Source: Squalus acanthias (taxonomy: Eukaryota). From it: DNA of 64,000 nucleotides. The notes beneath the pieces were generated by a model. The model was not told the DNA's origin. It was given only the letters and a program-made list of their open reading frames with translations, and did not search any database. Of the stretch, positions 52,933 through 64,000 are shown piece after piece. The stretch's first letter is position 1. Each line of letters starts with the position of its first letter. A program made the position numbers and the translations under genes. Location of the stretch: positions 73,782,001 to 73,846,000 of the forward strand of contig CM059432.1 of assembly GCA_030390025.1 (NCBI GenBank). The letters are read 5' to 3'.

Positions 52933-54305
52933 TAATCTCTTACTCTTTTTTTAAAGCCCAGGATACACAGGAAGAAGGTAGGCAACATGCAGCAGATTGG
53001 AGTGGAGGGGACTGTGAGCTTTTAAAACTATCAAAAGGATGATGGGCATTGATTAGCTTTGGGGATGGTTCTGGGGTATGGCAGTACTGTGGAGGAGGAA
53101 CTGCAGTTTGATAGGGGGGCTGGAATGTGGGGTCTGATTTACTGGGTGATTCTCTGGGTCTGACAAAAGTGTTGGTGTTTGCGGGGGGGGGGTTACAGAG
53201 TTTGGCAGTGGGGGAGAGGAACAGGTTCCATGGTATGACTGAACTATAGAGGGTCCAGCTATTTGGCAGGTTAGTGGAAGGTACATGGGTCAGTCAATAT
53301 TGGCTGGGGGTGGGGGCAACACAGCAGTCACAGGAGGTAGAAGCACTGGAGAAGGTTCCAGTGTGTGAACTACTGAGATGACCCTTAGGATAGCATAATA
53401 GGGACGAGGTGGGGGGGTGGCAGGGGCAAGATCTAGCAACACTGGGGGATCATAGCAGTACAGCTACACTGGGCAAGGTCTCCAGATCTGGCAGAACTAG
53501 GAGATGTCAGTGTCTGGAAGCACAGGGAGCAGGTTACTTCATATTTTATCATAATAAATATGCAGATAGGACTCCAACAAGGTCATCGGGGCCCAACGGC
53601 CAATTTAAACAGAGGCCTGCGCAGGGAAGCCAGTTGTTGTTTCCCCACTAGGCCCACCTGGCAACACAAGGAGCCCAAAATGGTAATTTAAAAAAAAAAC
53701 TCCTTGTGCGACCAGGAGTAGCAGGAGTGCACCTCTGGGCACCACAAGGAAACCTAGGGCTCCCTGGCCTAGGCTTCCCTCCCTTTCTCCGAAGCTTTCT
53801 AAAATCCCCTCCAACCATTTACTCGAGTGTCGGGGACCATTCCTTCGGGTCCCCGGCAGCCACCTCCTGCCGCTTGATATCGCACTCCCATCCAATGAGT
53901 TCAGGTAGGAGGTTAATGGCGCCTATGCAGATGATAACCAGCAGTTAAAATCTTTGCCATCTGCCTCTGCCCGCACGACTCACTGGCCCAGAGTTAAAAT
54001 CAGAGATTCTAAGTAAACAGTTATATTGGGAATCCCTATATAAACATCCATAGCAATATAAAACCCCCATCTGCCCGTCAAGCTGGTCCAGATTTTGCGA
54101 TCAACAGTAAAGGCCCGGCACTTGCCTTTCACCTCGCTGACAGCTTCCCACAATGTTTTTGTAGGATTTTGAGTGCAGACTTGTTCAAATCCAGCATCTG
54201 ATCCAGTGTGGCGCCCTCTACAGGGCTTCTTTGGCATCTGTGAGCTGGACAGGAAACAGCGAGGCTCTTCAACTAATCAGATTGAAGAATCCTCACAGAC
54301 ACGCA

Positions 54306-55084
54306 GGGGGTGATTTTGCCAATGGGGGCGCGTTGGAGGCGGGACTGCTGCTTGGCGGGTCGATGTCCCGCCTCCATCGATTTGTGGCCAACCCACGCTA
54401 TTTTCCCTTGATTGACCTTGTTAAGCCCGCCCAGAGTGATTAGCAGGCCAATTAAGGGAAAGCCGGTTGCAGAGAACATCAAAAATCTATGAAGCTGTCA
54501 AACAGTGACATTCTCTGTAGTTTGATGAGGTCTTGAATTCAAGACCCATCAAACTTCTTTCTTTTACAGAAATGAGATGGTTGTTGCATCCAAGAATGCA
54601 ACGGCCATCTCTCATCTCCAACACGGAGGTCCGAGACTCTCTGCATACACACCGACTGAAGCCTGCAGGAAGAAATAAAGGTAAGTACACTTTTAATAAC
54701 ACTTTGCACTTACCTCAGATACTCACCTCTCCACTCTTGCACCCATCACTTACCTTCACACCACACTTCTGCACCCCCCCCCCGATCCCCGCAGACCCAG
54801 TACTTGCCTCGCTGACCTGGCGGGTTTCGGAGCCTTCGGGAAGCCCGCACTTGAGGGCAAAAAGGGGATAATCCTATTTTCTGCCTGTTAACTACCTGTT
54901 AACAGGCAGTTAATAGGCTTTAATCCCTTCTCGCCTCCAAGGAGACAGGACCCGGCGCGGGACGGCTACCCGCCTCCTAGGAAGATGGCATGGAGGCGGG
55001 TTGGGCACCCGCCCCCAAATTCTGCCATTTTCCCGGCAGTCCCGCCTCCATACCCGCCTCCCCAGTGCTGGCAAAATCGCCCCT
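54306..55084. mobile_element. Harbinger-like MITE
   Basis: TIRs ggggtgattttgcca / tggcaaaatcgcccc; subterminal ggaggcgggactgc inverted at both ends. Confidence 0.7.
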
Positions 55085-58000
55085 GCAGAGTATCAACTAG
55101 GAAGTAAAATTAGATTTAAATCACGTACAGAAAATGGAGTAAAGATTGGGAAAGACAGATGGGATTGAGAGCGCGAGGGATAAAAGAGACAGACAGAAAA
55201 AGTAAAAAAAAACTCCAACACTAATCAACTACTGAAGGAATGAGACTCCACACTTGTAAAATTACATTTTCAGGGCCAGAGAGGTTTTTTGGCAGTAATT
55301 ATCAATTATCACAGCGTTAAAAATTCACTTACTCCTGAATGCACCAGCCCTAACTCTTTCTTGCGTCTTCAGTAGGGAACTAATGGGCAAGTACCCAAAG
55401 TTCACGGCATTGCATTGATTTCAGTGCCGAATCGATCGGCGAAGACTGTTACAGCGCACCCTGTGGAGGAGCAACTTTTGAATTTACGTGTTTAAATGCA
55501 CATGTGCGGCCGCCGGAAATTGCTGTTCGATTTTCTCCATAATAATGGTGAGCGCCGATAGCCTCACCGTTATTCTCCACCCAAAATGCAAGCCACTGTA
55601 GTTGCAGGCTTTCCACCAATGGTGGTGCTATGGCACAATGTGTCTTGGTGGTCTCCTTATTTCACTCATGCCCATGTCACTCCTAAATATCACACCTCTT
55701 TCTCAGACTATAAATTAGTTTTCAGTCTCTTTTACAAACATTTTAAAATACAAACTTGGCCTATTCTTCCCATGTGTCAAAGTGCCTCCTAAGTGCTCCT
55801 ACCTCTGTCTCCCAACTCTATTCAAACCTGAAAACAATTTTGCCTGCCAATTTTTTTCCCCTCAGTAACTGAAATTTATAAAAGTTGAGGACTTCTACAT
55901 CTATTTTCTGTGTAGGTGGGAATGTGGAGACCATCTTCCAGCCAATACAGCCTTAGGTGAGATTTATTTTAATTTTTTTTTTACAAAGCAAGCCATTTTT
56001 AATGGGGCCTCTCAATTGTCTCACCACTGCTGGGGTCCCACTGGTTCTCACAACTTTTTTTTTGTGCTGTAGTCATATCTTCTCTGGTTTCCTGGTTCTT
56101 ATACGTAATGCACTCTATAATTGTAGAGTCAGCAAATATACTGTAAAGCACAGCAACTGCTCTTAATTGCAAAGAACCAGTTTCTCAGTTTAGGGTTGGG
56201 AAATGAGTGAAGGTAAGGAGGAATACAAGGGCAGGTGGTGGGACGTGGGAGAGGGGAAAAGATAAAATTTTTATAGCACTTAAACATAAAGCCATTCCTG
56301 GACAAGAGCTGGCTTTTAGCAGCGCAGGATGCTGATATACAGACTGAGGGTCGATCCAGGGAAGGTGATGGGGTTGAACAAAATGCGGTCAACATCCGGT
56401 GAGGGCTCATGGCAGCTCAAGGTCCAGGCAGGGGTAGGAGACTGAAAACAGCTGGTGGAGATCAGAGTCCTCGCACACCTAGGTGCCACAACTGAGTTAT
56501 TTTAACTATAAGGTGTCTGTGCTGACTATTGTACAGTACTTGCCTTTCAATTGTCCCAACACTAGGTGGAGCTGCTGTACCTCCAAGCTCTGACTCGCAG
56601 GTCCATTCATGTAGGTGGCACTGCAGATAAGTTTTATTTATATTTATTTATTTAACTCCTCTGCAAGTAAACTTATTTTTTTAAACTTTTATTTCTTACT
56701 GCCACAAGGCAAGCTTGATTTTAATTTATTAAATATATTTATGCTGCCACCACTCCATGATCCTTGAGCCTCTTCATTTCCTGCATGCTTTCTTGCCGTA
56801 ATAGGGCTTCAGGACTCAGGCCACCCACTCGGCACCACCCATTCTCTATGTACCATTGCCCTGCTTGGGTCGAGGAGCCTGAGCTCCAATTAGCAATGCT
56901 TGCCCTCCTGTCCTGCCCCCCACCCCCACCCCTCCCCAGGTCTCTAATGACTACATCATCATATACTTTAAGCTGAATTTGTGTTTCTAACTAATTTGTT
57001 GTACTTCATATGCTACGTGCATTCGTGAACAAACTATCCCCACCCTGCCCACGTGCCCTGTTGGTGTTTTTCTCTCACTTTGACATTGCTGTACAGGCAA
57101 TTTAATGTTTTTATTTTTCATCACTCCTGTTTTATTTTTAACAGGTATTTTATTATTACTTCCTACAACATTTTATGTTCCTAGAGTATTTGTTATTTTT
57201 ATGACTTTTTGTATTCTGACCTTTGCTGTTATCACTTTTTCTTGTCTAATATTTCCACCCGGACCCTCTTTCCCCTCCTCCCCTGCCCACCCCACCCCTG
57301 CCCACCCCACCCCTCTTTAAAATAACTGGTTTAATGGGGAAAGAGGGTCTGGGTGGAAATAATAGTAACCTAAAGATAAGAAAAAGAGACAAGAGCAACT
57401 AGGGATTGGCACTAAACATGGTCTTGTCAGCATTACCCACATTCAGAGAATAAATTTAAAAGCTCTCCATTCAGAGCAGTTTCATTTGTGATTAATCATA
57501 TTTGGTCTGAATTAAAATAGAAAATGCTAGAAATTACAGCAGGGCTGTCTGCGCCTGGAAAAAGAAAATGTTTGTCTCTTTTCAGATGTTGATAGATCCC
57601 CTGTATATTCTAGCATTTTCTCTCTATTTCAGATTTTTGTCGTTTTTCTTTTTTTAAATCTCTTCTATTGTCCTAAAATTGTGTTTGACCAAAATGTATG
57701 TAAATGCTGATCTCTGTCAGTAATTCATCATAACTGCAATTCCTTGCAATGGTGGATGACATTTTGCAGATATGAAACTTTTAGGTAACAGCATATAGAT
57801 ACTGATTTCAAACGCTTCCAAATTAATATTCATACTGATGTCCCATAAAAAAAACTGCAGCTGGGGTACATTTCTGAAAAGTTTTGGTTTGTTGTGTATA
57901 TGCTTCCACAGAAATGTTGCAAAAAATATATACTTTTAGAATAATCTTAGAAATATACTTTTTTGCTGATTTGTAATACATCTGGAGAATAGAATTGGGA

Positions 58001-58269
58001 TTACTGTAGTTTGTCTAAAAGTGGGGCAATATCAGAGTTCCTAGGTTATTTATGTATGCTTATTCCTTTTGTAAAAAAAGAACGGGTTCATGATCTTCAA
58101 ATGTAACTCTTTCATTTTATGTTTCAGAGGGACATGGACAAATGAAAATTCTGTTTTAAAATACAATGGTTAGATTAACTCTTATATAGGTCATCCTGTT
58201 TGTGGACCTGAGTACACATCTGCATACGCACGTACAAAAAGAGAAACAAACACATATGAACCGAGACTT

Positions 58270-58930
58270 CTACTGCCATCTTATCATAGAAATTACAACA
58301 CGATATGCCCATGCCAGTGCTAACTCTTCAACTGGAGTTATCCATTCTATCTTTTTCCATGCCCTATATTTCCTATATCCTTTTACATTCTTCCTTTTCA
58401 AATACTTATCCAATTTCCTTTTAAATGACATTATAGCCGCCACCTCAATAGACACTTGTCGTAAAGCAGTCCACGCTCTAATAATTATCTGTGAGAAATA
58501 TTTTTTCCCAACATCCTCCTAATTATAATTCTGAATCTATAGCCCCTTGTTACTGATTCACCAGCCAGTGGCAACAACGTTTCACTCTTCACCCATTTAA
58601 ATTCTTTAGAATTTTGAAAATTTTTAGACCCCGTAAATCTTCTCTGTTCCAATGAAAAATGCTCCAATTTTTCCATGCCTTTCTTCATAGCTATAGCCAC
58701 TGATTCCTAATAAAATGTTAGTTGTTTTCGCAGTATGCTTTTTCATTGCTCTAATACCCTTCCTATAATGGGTGCTCAGAACTGTATATAATACTCCCAA
58801 TAGTGACCTAATCAGTATCATGTACTAATTCAACATCACTTTCTTTCTTTTAGTTAATACCCTAATATATAAATTCCAGAGTCCCATTTTCCTTTTTATG
58901 GCCTTTTCTACCTGCACTCCCACCTTTAAC
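58270..58930 (-). mobile_element. Old degenerate CR1 fragment
   Basis: FKRKLDKYL, FSLEQRR and PLAGESVTRGYRFRI fragments. Confidence 0.75.
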
Positions 58931-60728
58931 TTTAATTCGCTCCAACCGGGATAAATGGAGCAGTAGTGGCCCAAAAATGGCGTTGCGTCACTTACTCCCC
59001 ATTTATGCTGGGGCTCCAGCCACTACCATCTTGGGTAGGGTCCTGAGATGGGTGGCTAGAGCTCCTGTCTGTTTCAGACGGAAGGCCACTTGTAATATGC
59101 AAATCAGGGTCCTATGCCATACATCGGGATCCTTAAACTGGAGCTGGAGGCTGCTCAAACAATGTGTAAATTTATGGTTTGGTGGGGCCAGAAGGAGGAA
59201 GACACAAAAAACTCGAGCTCACTGCCAGCCCATCCATGCCACTCCCCCCCCCCCCCCCCCTGCCCCCGCCAAAGTCTCCAACTATCAGCTGGCGCAGTGT
59301 GGGAGCCAGCCTGCTCTCCAGATACATGTAATAGAGTCATAGAATAGTACAGCAAAGGAGGCCGCCATTCGGCCCATCAAGTCTGTGCTGAAAAAGTTAG
59401 CCCTTGTGTATCTCCACCCCTAGATCTCTCTGTTCATCCATTGTGTTTAAGAATTTTACTATTTCCCACCCTCCCACAATTGGCGAGCTGCAGTAGGTTG
59501 CCCACTTGTTGCTTGCAGCTTGCTGGTGGCATTTAAACAAATTAAAAGCTCCAATTCACTGCTCAGCTCTATATTTCATTCTTCCTCATGGGAAATCAAA
59601 AATCTAAAGGTTTGGAATGTTTAAATACATTACAAATACAGGAAAGTCCAAAACAAACCAAGAAATATAAAGAACCCACAACCTCCAACACCTGGAAGGA
59701 CAAGGGCAGCAGGTGCATGGGAACACCATCATCTCCAAGTTCCCTCCAAGTCACACACCATCCTGACTTAGACATATATCATTGTTCCTTCTAGCTAGCA
59801 ATGCCCATATCCTAAGAATGAATTAAAACATAATAGTGCAAGTTTCCCAAAAATATTACAAAGTGCTACATGTACAATGGATTACTTTGAAGTGGAGTGA
59901 CTGTAATTTAAAATTAAATTTCAATACAAAATACACAAGCAGACAATGTACTTACTGGTTTAAATACCCTGAGGTTACTTGCACATAAAAGCATAAATAT
60001 TTTGATTCTCATGATAAAGATTTATAAGCCAGTCTTTCAGATTTCTGATGATTACAGTTTTTTTTCTTTTCATCTGTAAAATCAACATTATTGCAGTTGA
60101 GTCCTGATTAACTATGTTGATGTCAGTTGGCATCACAAAGTTAACAAAATTCTACAGAGCAAACTCTCCCAGTAGAAAACTAAAGTAATTGGCATTTCTA
60201 TTCATTACCATTAAAATAAAAAAGTAATATTAATGTCCTGCTTTCTAAAATTGGATAACATTCCCTCAGGACTGAACTACCTATTTAGGAGGTGCAGGCA
60301 AAGTAATAAAACCAGTATGAAATTTACCTGCTCTATATAAAATGTTCCTGCAGAATTTATATAGCCATGGGCATAAATTTAACATGAAAAGCTTAGTATA
60401 AAAGGGACATTAATGTTACAAAAGAGGTACTCCTGCTTGAGCGTTCAACAAAGATGATGACATTTTCCTTAATTTCAATTTATTCATACCATTTTAGTAA
60501 AAGAAACATGGATTGTAACAACAAATAAAATGTACTGCTGCTCAAGTTAAAGACAATCACATCTGTGTATACATCAAACATGTCTAGAAGTGAAAGGGTT
60601 TTCAAAAATTTCAATAAACCTACAGCACGGCAGCTTGACACTAGACTCTTGACATATCTTTATGATCACACATTTTATTATTAAAGTATGTTTGTAGAGC
60701 AGATAGAAACATTTTGTTTTATGATTAC

Positions 60729-60760
60729 CTGAAATTGATTCTGTTCATTATTACGGTTTC
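60729..60760 (-). other. CA8: CA8 3'UTR part of the stop-codon exon, ending at a splice donor
   Basis: After TAA: GAAACCGTAATAATGAACAGAATCAATTTCAG|gtaatc, a canonical donor 32 nt past the stop. Confidence 0.75.
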
Positions 60761-60895
60761 TTATTGGAATGCAGCTCTGATGATTCGATCACTGAGAGGC
60801 TGAGTTGGCCTAAAATTGTCTCCTAAAATCCCATCACATCCTTCAGGTAGTTCTGCTCCTTTTATGTGGGACCGTACCCTTCTAAACTCTTCTAT
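60761..60895 (-). CDS. CA8: Last coding exon of carbonic anhydrase-related protein VIII (acatalytic CA8/CARP VIII)
   Basis: The minus strand reads acceptor ttcatttttcatcctag|ATA GAA GAG..., translating [44 protein letters not shown] (44 aa + TAA). This matches the human CA8 C-terminus as I recall it ([44 protein letters not shown]). I found no upstream exon in the window. Confidence 0.96.
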   Translation of the reverse strand: MEEFRRVRSHIKGAELPEGCDGILGDNFRPTQPLSDRIIRAAFQ

Positions 60896-62304
60896 CTAGG
60901 ATGAAAAATGAAATCAGATTTATACGAGTATGCAATTTTATAAAGCACCATTTTATAACTGACGAGATTATTTTATGCAAGTGATATATCTATATATCAC
61001 AAATATATTTCAATCTCAGTGTATTATAAGGGGAATGATTTACTACAGCAATTTAATTTGTTCAGATGTGTAAATACAATCAGTGTAATCTTCATCAAAA
61101 AACTACTCTTGCATCATAACTACTTTGGCATTGATTCATTACACCCAAACAATTGCCGAGCTATTTTTAATGCCTTGTGCTACACTTCAATCTCCTTTCT
61201 TACACAAAAGAACACATTTATTAAATATTAATGAACAGTAAAATGGGGTGACGTTTATGCAGTATAAGCTGAAGGTTAATGATCAATTTTGAATCAACTA
61301 TTAAAAAAAGAAAATAAAGCCTCTAAAGATTGCATTATCCACAAAGATAGAAAAGACAAGAGTATGCAAACATGTGCATGCACCTCTAAATTTAAAATGC
61401 TTCAAAAGGCAAAAATCAAGATTATTGTACCAAAAAATGAGGCAAGTACTTTATTATACAGTTTGTTGCCAAGTTACAACAATATTCAAAACTTATCCAT
61501 ATATTGACTTTTTAAAATGTAATTCCTACATTGAGAACTCAGCCAGATATTCACTTGAGTAATAAATAATAAAGGCTCACTGTAAAGAGAAATCACAAGT
61601 ACAAACGTGGTTTCTAACTGTACTTGACAGTGTTTTAAGCTGCAATTCATTGTGCCAAGTATTCAATTTAATTCCATTTACTCATTTTTAAAGCAAGGAG
61701 CTGCCTCTTAATCGCATCACCAATTATTATGGTTCATAGATTCTCATTAGCAGAAACAATAAAGCTAATTACTCACATTACTTGCACTAGATTTTAGAAT
61801 CTAGAGAGGGCGGATGAATAGGGACACCATGACCTTTTAAAAAAACTTTGTGCAGAAGCATATGATTCTCCCATTTCTACACTATGTAAAGAAGCTCCAT
61901 TTAGTCATATTAAGTTCCCGTCAACTGGCGGGGGTCTTTTGAGATAAGCAAAGGACCTCAAAGGATCTGATACTTCATTACTGAAGGAGGAATAAAAACT
62001 ACAAAGAAAATACACAGGTCATTCAAAATCTGAAAAAGAAATATAGGCTAAGATTTCAGGTTCTTCCCACAGTCTTTCAGATGCTAGCTGAGGTGCTATG
62101 TAATTCAGCATTGTCCTTTTTAATTTCAGATTTCCAAACAAAAGTTAAAGGATATCATTAAATTGAGTACTGAAATGCACCATTAATTTAGCACCTTGCG
62201 AGTAAATAGATAATTACCAGTCTAGATGGGTGCTAGGAGGAGGGAAGTTTAGTATGAGCAGTTTATTTTAACTAAAGAATATATCTAAAGTTGAGCAATT
62301 GCAT

Positions 62305-62487
62305 TACTTTTTTTTAATTCATTCATTCTTGGGATGTGGACATCGCTGGCAAGGCTCCGATTTATTGCCCATCCCCAGTTGCCCTCGAGAAGGTGGTGAG
62401 CCTTCATCTTGAACCGCTGCAGTTCGTGTGGTGAAGGTTCTCCCACAATGCTATTAGGTAGAGAGTTCCAAGATTTTGACCCAGCTT
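62305..62487 (-). mobile_element. Family-B LINE 3' tip
   Basis: AGSKSWNSLPNS and (GAAT)n tail. Confidence 0.8.
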
Positions 62488-62653
62488 CAATGCTTAGATT
62501 CCACATCATTAGCAACATATACCACAATACAGATTTCTAGGAAGCAGAATGACCTAATTGATGAGTTCTGAAGAATGAAGTGAAGTTTGCCCTGCTAAAC
62601 TGTGCATCATTTGTGGCAGTATATCAAAGCTGCCATGGTTATTGAAGAGTCTT

Positions 62654-63533
62654 TGGCCACGATTTTATTGGCACTGAGGGGGCGGGTTTGGAGGTGGGTC
62701 AAAGGTTAAAATCGCTTTGATTGACGGCGGGTTCCGATCCCGCCGTCAACCCGCCTCCAAACAATTTTCCCCAAGTGTCGGGTCCCCGATTTGTGCATGG
62801 ACCCAGCACCTAGCGGCGGGAAGAGGATTAATGCCAATTACCTGCCTGTTAAAAGGTAGTTGATAGTAGTTGACAGGCTATTTTTTAATTTTGCCGCTTC
62901 TGCCTCGGGTTTCCCGACATTCAGACACCACGCCAGGTAAGTGTGGCGTGTTGAGAGTCTGCTGTAATGTTTCTGGATTGATGACAGCTGCAGAAGTGGT
63001 GTGAAGGATCCAATGGTGCACTGGTGAGTTTCAGAGGTAAGAAAATGTTGGGAAATTCATTTTTAATGCATTTACACATTTCTTTAGGTAACAAGTTTTG
63101 AAATCCATGTCCAGTGCCACCTCATTGGGAGAACCTCTCTCACCAGTGACAGATCGCATCTGTCACCTCACCTGCAGCTGCCATCTATTCCAGCCTATGG
63201 AGGGAATCACTGGAGAGTCTGGGTGCAAGAGCTCACCTTTGTACAGTGATTGTCAGTGTTTGCAGCACCTCAATGCTGTCAAACAATGAGAAATCAGCTG
63301 TCAAAAAAAAAATTGTGCGTGGACCCTTTAAGAAAACCAGCAGATGACGCGTCATCAAATGAAGTCATCTGACCGGCTTCTTCTTAATTGGCCGGCAAGC
63401 CCGCAAGGCGGGCTTAACAAGGTCAATCAATGTAAAATCATGTCTGTGGGCTGGATGCAGTTGGGGGCGGGACTGGAAGCCGGAAACCACTTGACCCGCA
63501 CCCAACCCACCTCCAATGAAAAAATCGCGGCCT
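62654..63533. mobile_element. Harbinger-like MITE related to 54306-55084, in inverted orientation
   Basis: TIRs ggccacgatttt / aaaatcgcggcc; gcgggcttaacaaggtcaatcaa (~63408-63430) is the reverse complement of ~54408-54430. Confidence 0.7.
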
Positions 63534-64000
63534 TAGAGTCCATAAATTTGTCTGCTATGCAGTTACCTTTCAATACTAAATGGGACAATTTACTCCAAGA
63601 GAAGGCTACTGTTCTGCTGATCATAGAGGGCAATATTTCTCACTAATTTGGAAATTGCTACGAAGAATGGAGAATTCCATAGTACAGAAACTGTGAAACC
63701 TTCGCATCAATGCCAAGGATCCCGATGTCCAGATTAGGGGAACATCTTTTCCTTGTCAGACCTATATGATAGAGAGGAGGAACAATTACCTCATGGGTTG
63801 GATAAAATTCTGGCATCAGTCTGGCAGAGAGCTTTTAAAATGGACACAGGATTATCCTGTCTATGCCACATAAGACAGTGGACATCCAGAACTAAGGACT
63901 GGAGTTCATCAACTGTTGGCTGAAGCCACAGCTCAAAAAAAAAATTAATGGTGAAAATTTTCTGATGGGTGATCTTACACCAAATTCCTGCTAGCCACGC

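Noticed and set aside
57251..57360. ~24-bp inverted repeat as a structured RNA gene
   Set aside because: Looks like the ends of an internally deleted MITE around a C-rich spacer.
1..64000. CRISPR arrays, operons or other prokaryote-type systems
   Set aside because: No regularly spaced direct repeats or dense ORFs; the sequence is clearly vertebrate intronic and intergenic DNA.

Overview
Vertebrate genomic DNA with an elasmobranch (shark-like) repeat profile: CR1 and L2 LINEs, Deu-domain tRNA SINEs, PIF/Harbinger elements and MITEs, and Penelope-derived hairpins. The only host gene I can support is CA8 (carbonic anhydrase-related protein VIII) on the minus strand. Its last coding exon (CDS 60761-60895) is missing from the ORF track. 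A donor site 32 nt after the stop opens an intron of about 16 kb, and a probable non-coding terminal 3'UTR exon starts at 44613. Positions 1 to ~41 kb look like intergenic DNA downstream of CA8 (in mammals, the CA8-TOX gene desert), filled with decayed transposons. The most notable observations are: (1) a TSD-flanked Penelope-type palindrome carrying a complete minimal hammerhead ribozyme motif in the CA8 sense orientation; (2) the apparently conserved 3'UTR intron and exon; (3) inverted MITE copies flanking the CA8 exon; (4) a two-gene Harbinger relic; (5) MITE-internal hairpins conserved in structure but not sequence; (6) a strand-asymmetric pre-miRNA-like hairpin. I cannot support a wholly new multi-gene system. 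Homology calls rest on remembered family motifs, not database searches, and TE boundaries are approximate unless a TSD is quoted.
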